Part shown: positions 39,705-49,418 of the stretch, piece after piece | Position numbering within the stretch: the stretch's first letter is position 1 | Layout of the letters: each line of letters begins with the position of its first letter | Origin: an uncultured Rhodospirillaceae bacterium | GTDB lineage: Bacteria > Pseudomonadota > Alphaproteobacteria > UBA2966 | DNA length: 64,000 nt | Assembly (NCBI GenBank): GCA_964528595.1 | Contig: CAZGTM010000011.1 | Location: forward strand, 3,061 to 67,060 | Direction of reading: 5' to 3' | Position numbers and translations under genes: made by a program | The notes under the pieces: generated by a model | The model's input: only the letters and a program-made list of their open reading frames with translations | Databases searched by the model: none | What the model was told of the DNA's origin: nothing

Positions 39705-40910
39705 ATGCTTCGATTGAGCGAAACGCAAATTCAGATCCGCGACGCCGCGCGGGCCCTGGCGACGGACGTCATCGCGCCGCGCGCCGCGGAGGTTGACCGC
39801 ACGGAGGAATACCCCTGGGACAACGTCGCGGCGCTGGCCGACGCCGGCTTCATGGGCATGACCATCCCCGAGGCCTACGGCGGACAGGGTTTGGGTTATG
39901 CCGAGGCCGTGCTGGTCATTGAGGAAATGGCCAAGGTCTGCGGCGTCACGGGACGCATCGCGGTGGAGGCCAACATGGGCGCCATCGGCGCGGTCATGCA
40001 ATTCGGTTCGGACGCGCAGAAGCGTCTGGCCGCCGCCGCCGTGCTGGCCGGCGACAAACCGGCCATCTGCATCACCGAACCCGGCGCCGGCAGCGCCGCT
40101 ACGGAAATGACGACGCGCGCCGACAAACAGGGCGACCGGTACGTCATCAACGGCGGCAAGCACTGGATCACGGGCGGCGGCGTTTCCAAGCTTCACCTGA
40201 TCTTCGCCCGCGTCTTCGAGGACGGCGAGGAACAGGGCATCGGCGGCTTCCTCTGCCTGCGCGATGCCGAGGCCGGAACGCCCCAGGGCCTGCGCATCGG
40301 CCGGCGCGAGCCCGCCATGGGTCTCAGGGGCATTCCCGAGACCGAGGTTCTGTTCGAGGATCTCGAAGTTCCGGAAGACATGATCGTGTTGCCGCCCGAG
40401 GGGCTGCGCCGGGGTTTCGCCGGACTGATGAACGCCTACAACGCCCAGCGCGTCGGCGCGGCGACCGTGGCGCTGGGTATCGCCGAGGGGTCCTATGAAC
40501 TGGCGCTCGACTACGCCCAGACCCGCGAACAGTTCGGCCGACCGATCTGTGAATTTCAGGGCCTGCAGTGGATGCTCTCGGACATGAGCATTTCCCTGGC
40601 GGCGGCCCAGGCGCTGATCTACAAGGCCGCCGCGGGCGACGGTTTCCCCGATCCGTTGGAGGCCGCCCAGGCCAAGATCCTGGCTTCCGAAACCGCCATC
40701 AAGGTAACCAACGACGCGCTGCAGGTGTTCGGCGCGGCGGGCTATTCACGCAATCTGCCGCTGGAGCGCATGGTGCGCGATGCGCGCATGTTCACCATCG
40801 GCGGCGGCACAGCGCAGATCCTGCGCACCGTCGTGGCCTCCCGCCTGTTGGACCGCAAACTGCCGCAGACCCGCGACGGCTATTCGCGGCTCAATTCGCC
40901 GGCCCGCTGA
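39705..40910 (+). CDS. acd: 3-sulfinopropionyl-CoA desulfinase (acyl-CoA dehydrogenase fold)
   Basis: YPWDNV, TGRI, GDKPAICITEP, WITGGGVSKLHLIFARVF, YNAQRVGA, RDARMFTIGGGTAQILR, LPQTRDGY closely resemble the Advenella desulfinase as I recall it; no catalytic Glu at either ACAD position. Confidence 0.85.
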   Translation: MLRLSETQIQIRDAARALATDVIAPRAAEVDRTEEYPWDNVAALADAGFMGMTIPEAYGGQGLGYAEAVLVIEEMAKVCGVTGRIAVEANMGAIGAVMQFGSDAQKRLAAAAVLAGDKPAICITEPGAGSAATEMTTRADKQGDRYVINGGKHWITGGGVSKLHLIFARVFEDGEEQGIGGFLCLRDAEAGTPQGLRIGRREPAMGLRGIPETEVLFEDLEVPEDMIVLPPEGLRRGFAGLMNAYNAQRVGAATVALGIAEGSYELALDYAQTREQFGRPICEFQGLQWMLSDMSISLAAAQALIYKAAAGDGFPDPLEAAQAKILASETAIKVTNDALQVFGAAGYSRNLPLERMVRDARMFTIGGGTAQILRTVVASRLLDRKLPQTRDGYSRLNSPAR

Positions 40911-42517
40911 TGGCGACCAGCGCCGAGATTATCGCCCAGCGCCTCTACGACGCCGGCTGCCGTCACGCCTTCGGCATACCGGGCGGCGAGGTCCTGGCCC
41001 TGATGGCGGCGCTGGAACGCGTCGGTATGCGCGTGGTGCTGGCCAAGCACGAGAACAGCGCGGGCTTCATGGCGGAGGGCGTCCACCACCACGACGGCGC
41101 GCCGGGCATCCTGGTGGCGACTATCGGTCCGGGCATCGCCAACGCCGCCAACGTCGTCGCCAACGCCCTGCAGGACCGGGTGCCGATGATCGTGCTTACG
41201 GGCTCGGTGCCCGATGTCGAAGGCCATACCTACACACACCAGATATTCGACCAGGTGAGGTTCCTCGAACCGGTGACCAAGGCGGCCTTCCGGGTGGTGC
41301 AGGGCACGGCGTCGGTACTGGCCGACAAGGCCGTCGCCATCGCCACGCAGGACCGGCCTGGCCCGGTGCTGCTCGACGTGGCGATGGACGCCCAGGACGC
41401 CGAACAGCCCGATGCCGCCCAGCCCAACCGCGCCCCGCTCGCCCCGATGGCGCCGGCGGCGGGCGATGACTTGGAAACGGCGCGGCGCTGGTTGGCCGAG
41501 GCCGAACGGCCGTTGATGATCGCCGGCGTTGACGTTCTCAATCAGGGCTGCGCGGCGGAGGTCGCCGGCTTCTGCCGGGATTTGGACGTGCCGCTGATCA
41601 CCACCTACAAGGCCAAGGGCGTCTTGCCGGAAGACGATGAGCTTGCCCTGGGGGCGGCGGGCCTATCGCCCAAGGCCGACCGCCATCTGCTGCCGCTGGT
41701 GGGGATGAGCGATTGCCTCGTGCTGGCGGGCTACGACCCCATCGAAATGCGCCAGGGCTGGCGCGATCCCTGGGACGGGGACGCCCGCGTGATCGAGTTT
41801 TCCGCCGCCGCCAATACCCATTACGTGCACCAGGCGGCGCTCAATTTCATCGGCGATGTCGGCGCCGGGCTGGCGGCGTTGCGCCGGGACGCAGCGGCCC
41901 GGCCCCGCTGGGCGAACGGTGAAGCCGCCGGTGTGCGCGAAACCCTGCGAGGCGATTTTGCCCGCGACGAGGACTGGGGGCCGGCCGCCGTGGTCGATGA
42001 AAGCCGCCGCGCGTTGCCGCGCGAGACGGTGGCGACGGTGGACACCGGCGCCCACCGCATCCTGTTGAGCCAGATCTGGAACTGCTTCGAACCGCGCGGC
42101 CTGCTGCAGTCCTCGGCGCTCTGCACCATGGGCTGCGCCCTGCCGCTGGCCATCGGGCGCAAGCTGGCGGAACCCTCGCGGCCCGTGGCGGTGTTCGTCG
42201 GTGACGCCGGGCTGGAGATGTTCCTGGGCGAACTTGCCACCTTGCGCGACCTGCAGCTTGGATTGCCCATCGTCGTCTTCGTCGACGAGAGCCTCGGCCT
42301 GATCGAACTGAAACAACGCGGTTCCCAGATGCCCAACCTGGCCGTCGATTTCGGCGGCACCGATTTTCCCGCCGTGGCCGAGGCTCTGGGCGGCGCGGGC
42401 TGTTGGGTGGAGGACCGCGCCGGTTTGGCCAAGGCGTTGGAGGCTGCGTTAGCGCGCGATACCTTCACCCTTATCGCCGCCGTGATCGGACGCCAGGCCT
42501 ACGACGGGCGATTTTAG
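40910..42517 (+). CDS. Thiamine diphosphate-dependent enzyme (acetolactate synthase superfamily)
   Basis: FGIPGGE, KHENSAGFMA, TIGPG, TMGCALP, GDAG; start overlaps the acd stop (TGATG). Confidence 0.9.
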   Translation: MATSAEIIAQRLYDAGCRHAFGIPGGEVLALMAALERVGMRVVLAKHENSAGFMAEGVHHHDGAPGILVATIGPGIANAANVVANALQDRVPMIVLTGSVPDVEGHTYTHQIFDQVRFLEPVTKAAFRVVQGTASVLADKAVAIATQDRPGPVLLDVAMDAQDAEQPDAAQPNRAPLAPMAPAAGDDLETARRWLAEAERPLMIAGVDVLNQGCAAEVAGFCRDLDVPLITTYKAKGVLPEDDELALGAAGLSPKADRHLLPLVGMSDCLVLAGYDPIEMRQGWRDPWDGDARVIEFSAAANTHYVHQAALNFIGDVGAGLAALRRDAAARPRWANGEAAGVRETLRGDFARDEDWGPAAVVDESRRALPRETVATVDTGAHRILLSQIWNCFEPRGLLQSSALCTMGCALPLAIGRKLAEPSRPVAVFVGDAGLEMFLGELATLRDLQLGLPIVVFVDESLGLIELKQRGSQMPNLAVDFGGTDFPAVAEALGGAGCWVEDRAGLAKALEAALARDTFTLIAAVIGRQAYDGRF

Positions 42518-42662
42518 AAACACCCCAACCAATACGTTGAATACGCAACTCTGCTAATTTCGCAACCGCGGCGTCACTGGTATTTTCCCTTGGTTTTCCG
42601 TGCCTTATGCGTTGGGCGGAAGGCTTGCGAGTTACATTTGTCAGACCCAAGGGATGATTTTC

Positions 42663-43742
42663 ATGCTCAGTTCGATGGTACGGCCCCCCCTCGCCAAATT
42701 CCTGGCGGCATCAGTCATCATCGCCGGATCGCTGGCCGCCGGTGCGGGTTCCGCCTGGGCCCAGGATGCCGAAAGCAGCGACAACGACACCACGGCCCGC
42801 CCGGCGTCCGACGTCTTGATTTCCGAGCAACAGCGCGTAACGACGGTGCAGACGATCAACAACATTTTCGCCCACACGCGTTCGATCGCGCTGCGGCGCC
42901 AGGCCAACCCGCTGGCCAAGATGGCCAGCCTGCCGGGTGAGTTCGGCAGCGGCATCGCCGCGGGTGACGGTTCGGCCGGCATGTCCGGCTTCCTGGCGCT
43001 TTCCCGTTCCTCGGCCGAGGATGATTTCGTGTCGACGGCTTACGATTCCGACACCAACAGCCTTTCCTTCGGCGCCGACAAATCATTTGGCGACAGCATG
43101 ACGGTGGGCTTAAGCGCCAGTTATTCCAGCACGGATACGACCTCGACCTTCAACGGCGGCAGCACCGACACCACGGGCTGGAGCCTCAGCCCCTATGCCG
43201 CCTTCGTCATCAACGACATGGTCAGCATCGACGCCAGCGCCGGTCTGTCGCGCTCGGAGAGCGACAACACCCGCGTCGCGGCAGGCGCGACCATAACCGG
43301 CACGCAGGATTCAAGCAGCCGTTTCGCCGCGCTCAACCTCAACGTCTCCACCTGGAAGGGCAACGTCGGATTGAGTGGCCGCGCCGGCTATACCTACTCG
43401 AACACCGACAACGACGCCTTCACCGAAAGCAACGGAACGGCCATTGCCTCGAGCTCATCCACCTTCAAGCAGATTTCGCTGGGCGGGCAGGTGAGCTATT
43501 ACGCCGGAACCGTGATGCCGTACGCCAAGCTCACCTACAACCGGGAACTGGGCAAGGACCGCATCGTCGTCGCCGCCGGTCAGGCGCAGCCCTCGAACGA
43601 CGCGGACGAGGTTGTCTTGGGCGGCGGCTTGAGCATTTTCGGCTCGGGCGCCATGTCAGGCGGTTTGGACATCAGCAAAACGTTGAGCCGCAGCAACTTC
43701 GACGGCACGGCGGTCTCGGGCAGCCTCTCGATCACCTTCTAG
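42663..43742 (+). CDS. Autotransporter-type outer-membrane beta-barrel with no passenger domain
   Basis: Signal peptide ending AWA, short helical linker, GIAAGD, amphipathic Ser/Thr/Gly-rich strands, C-terminal LSITF. Confidence 0.8.
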   Translation: MLSSMVRPPLAKFLAASVIIAGSLAAGAGSAWAQDAESSDNDTTARPASDVLISEQQRVTTVQTINNIFAHTRSIALRRQANPLAKMASLPGEFGSGIAAGDGSAGMSGFLALSRSSAEDDFVSTAYDSDTNSLSFGADKSFGDSMTVGLSASYSSTDTTSTFNGGSTDTTGWSLSPYAAFVINDMVSIDASAGLSRSESDNTRVAAGATITGTQDSSSRFAALNLNVSTWKGNVGLSGRAGYTYSNTDNDAFTESNGTAIASSSSTFKQISLGGQVSYYAGTVMPYAKLTYNRELGKDRIVVAAGQAQPSNDADEVVLGGGLSIFGSGAMSGGLDISKTLSRSNFDGTAVSGSLSITF

Positions 43743-43782
43743 ATCACCTCGGAGCAACACTCTCTCATTGCCGGAGGTCCAA

Positions 43783-43817
43783 ACGGGGCTCGGTTTGCGC
43801 CGGGCCCCGTCTCTTTT
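43783..43817 (+). terminator. Rho-independent terminator between convergent genes
   Basis: ACGGGGCTCGG-tttgcg-CCGGGCCCCGT followed by CTCTTTT. Confidence 0.75.
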
Positions 43818-44470
43818 CAGATCATGTTGTTGCGGACGGCGAAGGCCGAGAGCTCGGCGACCGTGCCGAGACCGAGCTTGCGTTTGATGTTTTCGCGGTG
43901 TTTGCGCACCGTGTGGGTGCTGATGCCGAGAAGTTCGCCGGCGCTGTTGGAGGTATGACCTTCCGCCACCAGCTTGATGACCTGCATTTCGCAGTTGCTC
44001 AAGAGGTCGGCCACGTCCGCGGCGCCCGAAGACAGGCCGTCGGTTTCGTCGGAAAATTCCAGATCGGTGGGGAAGTACTGGTCGCCGTTGAGCGCCGCGG
44101 TTACGGCCTCGTTGACCTGTTTGAGTTCGGCGGTCTTGAAGAAGAAGGCGTCGACGTGGACGCGGTTCAGGGCTTCCAGAGCCAGGTTTTCAGCGCTCAA
44201 ACCGGTCATGATCACGACCCGCGTGGGCATTTCGCGCCGCCGGATTTCGCGGGCGATATCGAGACCGGTCAATCCGGGCAGCCCGATATCCAGCACCACG
44301 AGTTCAAAAGTCCGTTTCAAGATCAGATCGAGCGCCGAGCGGCCGTTGCCGGTCTGGACGACCTCTGAAATGCCGTCGATGCGCTCCAGCAGCGACGCAA
44401 TGCCCTCACGGATCAGGGTGTGATCGTCCGCGACGAGGACGGCATTGGAGGCGTTGGACAGTTGGTTCAT
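43817..44470 (-). CDS. NarL/FixJ (LuxR-HTH) response regulator
   Basis: VADDHTLIREG, LDIGLPGLTG, C-terminal HTH ISTHTVRKHRENIKRKLG. Confidence 0.92.
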   Translation of the reverse strand: MNQLSNASNAVLVADDHTLIREGIASLLERIDGISEVVQTGNGRSALDLILKRTFELVVLDIGLPGLTGLDIAREIRRREMPTRVVIMTGLSAENLALEALNRVHVDAFFFKTAELKQVNEAVTAALNGDQYFPTDLEFSDETDGLSSGAADVADLLSNCEMQVIKLVAEGHTSNSAGELLGISTHTVRKHRENIKRKLGLGTVAELSAFAVRNNMI

Positions 44471-44578
44471 CGGTCTTGTTGGTCCGTTCGGTAAAGACGA
44501 AAGCATGTGCCGGGATAAAAGCTTAACTGGGACGATCCTGAGCCGGGTCAACTATGTCTAAACGGCTAGGGCCGGGAC

Positions 44579-44596
44579 ATACGCATTCCTGCGTAT
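44579..44596. promoter_or_regulatory. Inverted repeat ATACGCA-ttcc-TGCGTAT, candidate response-regulator site
   Basis: Perfect 7-bp arms in the regulator/kinase divergent region; a related site lies at 42541-42558. Confidence 0.55.
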
Positions 44597-44696
44597 TTAC
44601 TCATGCGTTGCGTCAACTCAGGTTCTATTTGGTGGAGAGCCGCCCCGCCACCTGCAGGATGGGGTACAATTAGGGTGTTTTTTGAGGTGACGGGCT

Positions 44697-47150
44697 TTGA
44701 TTTTTGTCAAGTTGATCCGGATTATTTTCTTAAGCTTCGCCCTGGCCGCGGTCGTTGCGTTCGGGCGGCCCGCCGTGGCGGAAAATACCATCGCCGACAG
44801 CTCGCCGGCAGCGCCGACCCAAGCGGCACCGCTACCGCTGACCGGCCCCTGGCAGATCATTCGCGGCAAGATCGCCAGGCCCGGCGACTTTTCACGCCTG
44901 TACACCGGCGACGTGACGGCGCTGCCCGATGCCTGGCACCGCCGCGACGAGACCGATCAAAGCTCATCCGCGCCACTCGGCTTCGGTGTGGCCAGCTACC
45001 GGTTGAAATTGAAACTGCCCGAGCACGCCCGTTCGCTGGCCGTCAATCTGCAGCACCCCTACTCGGCACATGAATTCTGGATCAACGGCGAGTTGGCCGG
45101 CTCGAACGGCAGGATCACGGAAACGCCGGAGGGATTTGAGGCGTTTTACCTGCAACGCATCTTTGCACTGCCGGAGACGGATGAGGTGGAACTCGTTCTG
45201 ATCGTCGCCAATTTCGAGCATTTCGCGGGCGGCGTGTTGCGGCCCCTGCTGATCGGCGACGAGGCGGACATGCAATCGCGGGTCCGGACCTTCTATTTCT
45301 CCTACGTCTTCGTCTTCGGCGCCCTGCTGGCCCTGCTGGTCTTCCAGCTCGCCTACTTCATCCGCAGTCTCGGCGGGCCGCCGGAATGGGCTCACTTCTG
45401 GTACTGCGCCTTGTCGGTGGTGCTGCTTGTCCGGCTCTTTACGGTGCAGGCCATTCCCTATTTTCTCGATCCCGATCTGCCGCAGACCAGCACGAAGCTG
45501 ATCGAGTACCAGACCTTGTACCTCGCCCCGCTGACCTATATCGCCTTCATGGCGGCGATGTTCCCGCGCGAATTCCCCAAGCTCGTGCGCTGGCCGGTCT
45601 ATGGCCTCTCCCTGGCCATGACCGCCCTGGCGACGGTGGCGCCGGTTCACGTCTATACGAGCTTCCAGGATTTCTGGATCTTCGTCATGCTGGTGGTCAT
45701 CGTTTACGCTCAGGGCGCGCTCATCTTGGCCTGGATCCGCAAGCAGCATGGCGCGGCGGCGGTGGTGATATGCACCGTCCTCTTTTTCTTCACACTGCTG
45801 AATGATTCGGCCGCCTACCTCCACACCTTCGACCTGAAGCCCTGGGCGCTGCCGGACCTCACGCCGTTCGGCATTGCCATTCTATCGGCCGGTTTCGCCA
45901 TCGCGCTGGGATCGCGGACCCGCGCGGTTTACGACCAGGCGCGCAAACTTTCGTCCGAGCTGGAAGCGCTGACCGGTTCGCTGGAACAACAGGTCGCCGA
46001 CCGCACCTCGGATTTGGAACACGCCCGCGCCGAGGCCGAAAAGACGGCGCGGGAGAAGTCAAACTTCCTCGCCACGGCCAGCCATGACCTGCGCCAGCCC
46101 ATCCACGCCCTGTCGGTGTTCAATCAGTCACTGCTCTATCAGGTCGAACACGAGGCGGGCCTCAAGGACATCGCCGACAAGCAGGCCCAATTGGTGCGGT
46201 CCCTGTCGGGCATGCTGGAAACCATGCTGGATATTTCCCGCCTCGAGGCGGGGACGGTCGAGCCCAGTGTGGCGGCGGTGTCGCTGAACGATCTATTCCG
46301 CGAGGTGCAATACGCCGTCGAGGCCCAGGCGCTCAGGCGCGGGGTGGCCTTGAAGTTCGTCGATCCCAGCCTGTCCGTGCGGGCCGACAGGCGTCTGCTG
46401 CGGCGGATTTTGGTGAACCTCCTCGTCAATGCCGTCAACGCCGCGCCGGATGGCAAGATCGTGGTCGGCGCGCGGCGGCGGGGAGATCAGGTGAGGCTCT
46501 GCGTCGTCGACAACGGCCGGGGCATTCCGGAAAACGAGCAGGAGCGCATCTTCGAGCAATTCGTTCAGCTGCGCCAGGAAGGCACCGCCTCACCGTCGGG
46601 TCTGGGGTTGGGGCTTTCCATCGTGGCTGATTTGTGCCGCCTGATGGAATTCCAAATCGATCTGGAGTCGCAACCGGGACGGGGCACCGCGTTTACCGTT
46701 ACCGCACCGGCGGCGGTCGGCGGCCCTACGGCGGAGACCGAGGAGGAAGACGCGGCGGCTGTCCGGGATGAACCAGAGGTGCAAAGACTGGTTATCCTCG
46801 TCGTCGATGACGAACCGGCCGTTCTCGACGCCATGGTGGCCCTGCTGCGGGACTGGGGACACGCGGCGATGGGCGCGGCGTCGGCGCTCGAGACCATCCG
46901 GGAGCTCGATGAGTTGGGCAAACCCGACCTCATATTGTGTGACTACCAGCTCGACGGCGGCGCCACGGGCTTCGAACTTATCGCCCAGGTGCGGCGGTAT
47001 TTCCACACCGACATTCCCGCCGCCATCATCACCGGTGCGACCCGGCCCGACGACCTTCGGGTTTTGTTCCGCTCGGGCTTTCCGGTACTGCACAAGCCCC
47101 TGGAATTCGATCACTTGAACCGTCTGCTGGCGCGGGTGGGTACGGCCTGA
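44697..47150 (+). CDS. Hybrid sensor histidine kinase (7TM-DISM-like input, HisKA, HATPase, REC)
   Basis: Signal peptide, periplasmic beta domain, about seven TMs, ASHDLRQP, NLLVNA, DNGRGI, GLGLGL, VVDDE...CDYQL. Confidence 0.9.
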   Translation: MIFVKLIRIIFLSFALAAVVAFGRPAVAENTIADSSPAAPTQAAPLPLTGPWQIIRGKIARPGDFSRLYTGDVTALPDAWHRRDETDQSSSAPLGFGVASYRLKLKLPEHARSLAVNLQHPYSAHEFWINGELAGSNGRITETPEGFEAFYLQRIFALPETDEVELVLIVANFEHFAGGVLRPLLIGDEADMQSRVRTFYFSYVFVFGALLALLVFQLAYFIRSLGGPPEWAHFWYCALSVVLLVRLFTVQAIPYFLDPDLPQTSTKLIEYQTLYLAPLTYIAFMAAMFPREFPKLVRWPVYGLSLAMTALATVAPVHVYTSFQDFWIFVMLVVIVYAQGALILAWIRKQHGAAAVVICTVLFFFTLLNDSAAYLHTFDLKPWALPDLTPFGIAILSAGFAIALGSRTRAVYDQARKLSSELEALTGSLEQQVADRTSDLEHARAEAEKTAREKSNFLATASHDLRQPIHALSVFNQSLLYQVEHEAGLKDIADKQAQLVRSLSGMLETMLDISRLEAGTVEPSVAAVSLNDLFREVQYAVEAQALRRGVALKFVDPSLSVRADRRLLRRILVNLLVNAVNAAPDGKIVVGARRRGDQVRLCVVDNGRGIPENEQERIFEQFVQLRQEGTASPSGLGLGLSIVADLCRLMEFQIDLESQPGRGTAFTVTAPAAVGGPTAETEEEDAAAVRDEPEVQRLVILVVDDEPAVLDAMVALLRDWGHAAMGAASALETIRELDELGKPDLILCDYQLDGGATGFELIAQVRRYFHTDIPAAIITGATRPDDLRVLFRSGFPVLHKPLEFDHLNRLLARVGTA

Positions 47151-47252
47151 CGGCGCGGCCAGCGAACAATTGCGCCCGCTCAACCTATCTGTATTGTGAA
47201 CCCGGCCCGTCGGTGATCGTTCCCGGCGGCCGAATTTTCGCAGGGGGTGGCA

Positions 47253-48794
47253 ATGGTTGACGAAATCCTGATCGATCCCGGATCCGCGCAATTGGCGCAG
47301 TGGCGCGCCGTTATGGACGGGGGGGCAACGGTGCGCCTGGCCGAAGGCGTGCGGGATAACGTCCGCCGCTGTCGGCTGACGGTCGAAAACCTGTTGGCCG
47401 GGGAAGATGCGATTTACGGCGTCAATACCGGTTTCGGCAAGCTCGCCCAGATCCGCGTCGAGGACGACCAGCTGCAAGCGCTTCAGCGCAACCTGATCAT
47501 GTCCCACAGCGTCGGCACGGGAGACTTGCTGGACGACGATACCGTTCGCCTTGTCCTGGTGATGAAGGCGGCGTCGCTTGCCCAAGGCCACTCCGGCGTG
47601 CGCTGGCTGGTCATCGAACGCCTGCTGGAAATGGCCAACCTGGGTTTATTCCCGGCAGTCCCCGCCAAAGGTTCGGTTGGCGCATCGGGCGATCTGGCGC
47701 CGTTGGCCCACGTGGCGGCGGCGATGATCGGGCTCGGCGATATCCGGCGCGAGGGCGAACTCATGCCCGCCGCCGACGCCCTGAAGGCGGCGAAGCTCGA
47801 AGCGCTGGAATTCGGCCCCAAGGAAGGCCTTGCCCTGATCAACGGTACACAGGTGTCGACGGCCTTGGCTCTCAAGGGTCTGTTTGCCGCCGAGGACCTG
47901 TTGCGCGCCGCCCTGGTCACGGGCGCCGCCACCGTCGATGCCAGCAAGGGTTCCGATACGCCCTTCGACGAGCGCATCCACAAATTGCGCCGGCAACTGG
48001 GCCAGCAATCGGTGGCGGCCGTTTACCGCCGCCTGCTGGCCGGCAGCCGCATCCGCGAATCCCACGTCGATTGCGAGAAAGTCCAGGACCCCTACTGTCT
48101 GCGCTGTCAGCCCCAGGTGATGGGCGCCTGCCTCGATCAGCTGGATCATGCGGCCCGGGTTCTGGAACGCGAAGCCAATGCCGTCACGGACAATCCCCTG
48201 GTCTTTCCCGACGAAGGCGAGGTGCTGTCGGGCGGCAACTTCCACGCCGAGCCGGTGGCGTTGGCGGCCGACAACATCGCCCTGGCCATCGCCGAGATCG
48301 GCTCCCTGTCGGAGCGCCGCCAGGCCATGCTGGTGGACGCCTCGCTGTCGGGCCTGCCGGCCTTCCTGGTCAAGGAGAGCGGCATCAATTCCGGCTTCAT
48401 GATGCCCCAGGTCACCTCCGCCGCTCTAGTGTCGGAAAACAAGAGCCTGGCTCATCCCGCATCGGTCGACAGCATTCCGACCTCGGCCAACCAGGAGGAC
48501 CACGTCTCCATGGCGACGCATGCCGCGCGCCGTCTGACCGACATGGCGGAAAACGCCTTCACCGTGATTGCCATCGAGTGGCTGGCGGCGTCGCAGGCCG
48601 TGGAATTCCACGCGCCGCTGGAAACTTCCAAGCCGCTGCGCGCTGCCCATGATGCGTTGCGCGAGGCCGTGCCGGCGTTCGACCACGACCGTTTTTTCGC
48701 GCCCGAGATCGAAACCGCCAAGCAGCTTGTCAAACAAGGCGTCCTCGGCGACCTTGTGAGCGAAGCCATCGGCCCCAGTTATCAACCCGCGTAA
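47253..48794 (+). CDS. hutH: Histidine ammonia-lyase
   Basis: YGVNTGFG, LIMSH, GSVGASGDLAPL (MIO), KEGLALINGT, QDPYCLRC, GGNFH, NQEDHVSM. Confidence 0.96.
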   Translation: MVDEILIDPGSAQLAQWRAVMDGGATVRLAEGVRDNVRRCRLTVENLLAGEDAIYGVNTGFGKLAQIRVEDDQLQALQRNLIMSHSVGTGDLLDDDTVRLVLVMKAASLAQGHSGVRWLVIERLLEMANLGLFPAVPAKGSVGASGDLAPLAHVAAAMIGLGDIRREGELMPAADALKAAKLEALEFGPKEGLALINGTQVSTALALKGLFAAEDLLRAALVTGAATVDASKGSDTPFDERIHKLRRQLGQQSVAAVYRRLLAGSRIRESHVDCEKVQDPYCLRCQPQVMGACLDQLDHAARVLEREANAVTDNPLVFPDEGEVLSGGNFHAEPVALAADNIALAIAEIGSLSERRQAMLVDASLSGLPAFLVKESGINSGFMMPQVTSAALVSENKSLAHPASVDSIPTSANQEDHVSMATHAARRLTDMAENAFTVIAIEWLAASQAVEFHAPLETSKPLRAAHDALREAVPAFDHDRFFAPEIETAKQLVKQGVLGDLVSEAIGPSYQPA

Positions 48795-48809
48795 ACACAA
48801 GGATACCTC

Positions 48810-49418
48810 ATGCCCTGGATCGAAACCGTTCCCTACGACGAAGCCGACGGCCGACTCAAGAAGCTCTACGACCGGGTCAAGGGGCCCGACAACAACGTCG
48901 ACAACATCATGATGATGCACAGCCTGCGCCCCCACACCATGGAAGGGCACATGGCGATCTACAAGTACGTCCTGCACCATTCCGCCAACAAGGTGCCGAA
49001 GTGGTTCCTGGAGACCATCGGCGTCTGGGTCAGCCTGTTGAACCGCTGCGCCTACTGCGTCGATCATCATTTTCAGGGTCTGGTCAGGCTGCTTGACGAC
49101 GAGGCGCGGTCGTCCGCCATTCGCGCCGCCCTCGACGCCGACGACCCGGAGGCGGCGCCGCTCGAGGACAAGGAAAAAATCGCGCTGCGCTATGCCAAGG
49201 CCCTGACCCTGACGCCCTCCGCGGTGACCGAAGAGATGGTCGGGGAAATGCGGGCGGCGGGTTACGACGACGGCGAGGTCCTCGAGATCAACCAGGTGAC
49301 GGCCTACTTCGGTTACGCCAACCGCACCGTCCTGGGGCTCGGCTGTTCGACCGAGGGCGACATCATCGGCCTTTCGCCCAACAACTCCGACGATCCGGAC
49401 GACTGGTCGCACCAGTGA
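48810..49418 (+). CDS. AhpD/CMD-like peroxidase-related protein
   Basis: E-x10-CAYCVDHH core, AYFGYANR. Confidence 0.85.
   Translation: MPWIETVPYDEADGRLKKLYDRVKGPDNNVDNIMMMHSLRPHTMEGHMAIYKYVLHHSANKVPKWFLETIGVWVSLLNRCAYCVDHHFQGLVRLLDDEARSSAIRAALDADDPEAAPLEDKEKIALRYAKALTLTPSAVTEEMVGEMRAAGYDDGEVLEINQVTAYFGYANRTVLGLGCSTEGDIIGLSPNNSDDPDDWSHQ

Noticed and set aside
47253-48794. hutH as ergothionase or Phe/Tyr ammonia-lyase
   Set aside because: Intact ASG (MIO) and the SH specificity pair of histidine ammonia-lyases; full hut cluster nearby
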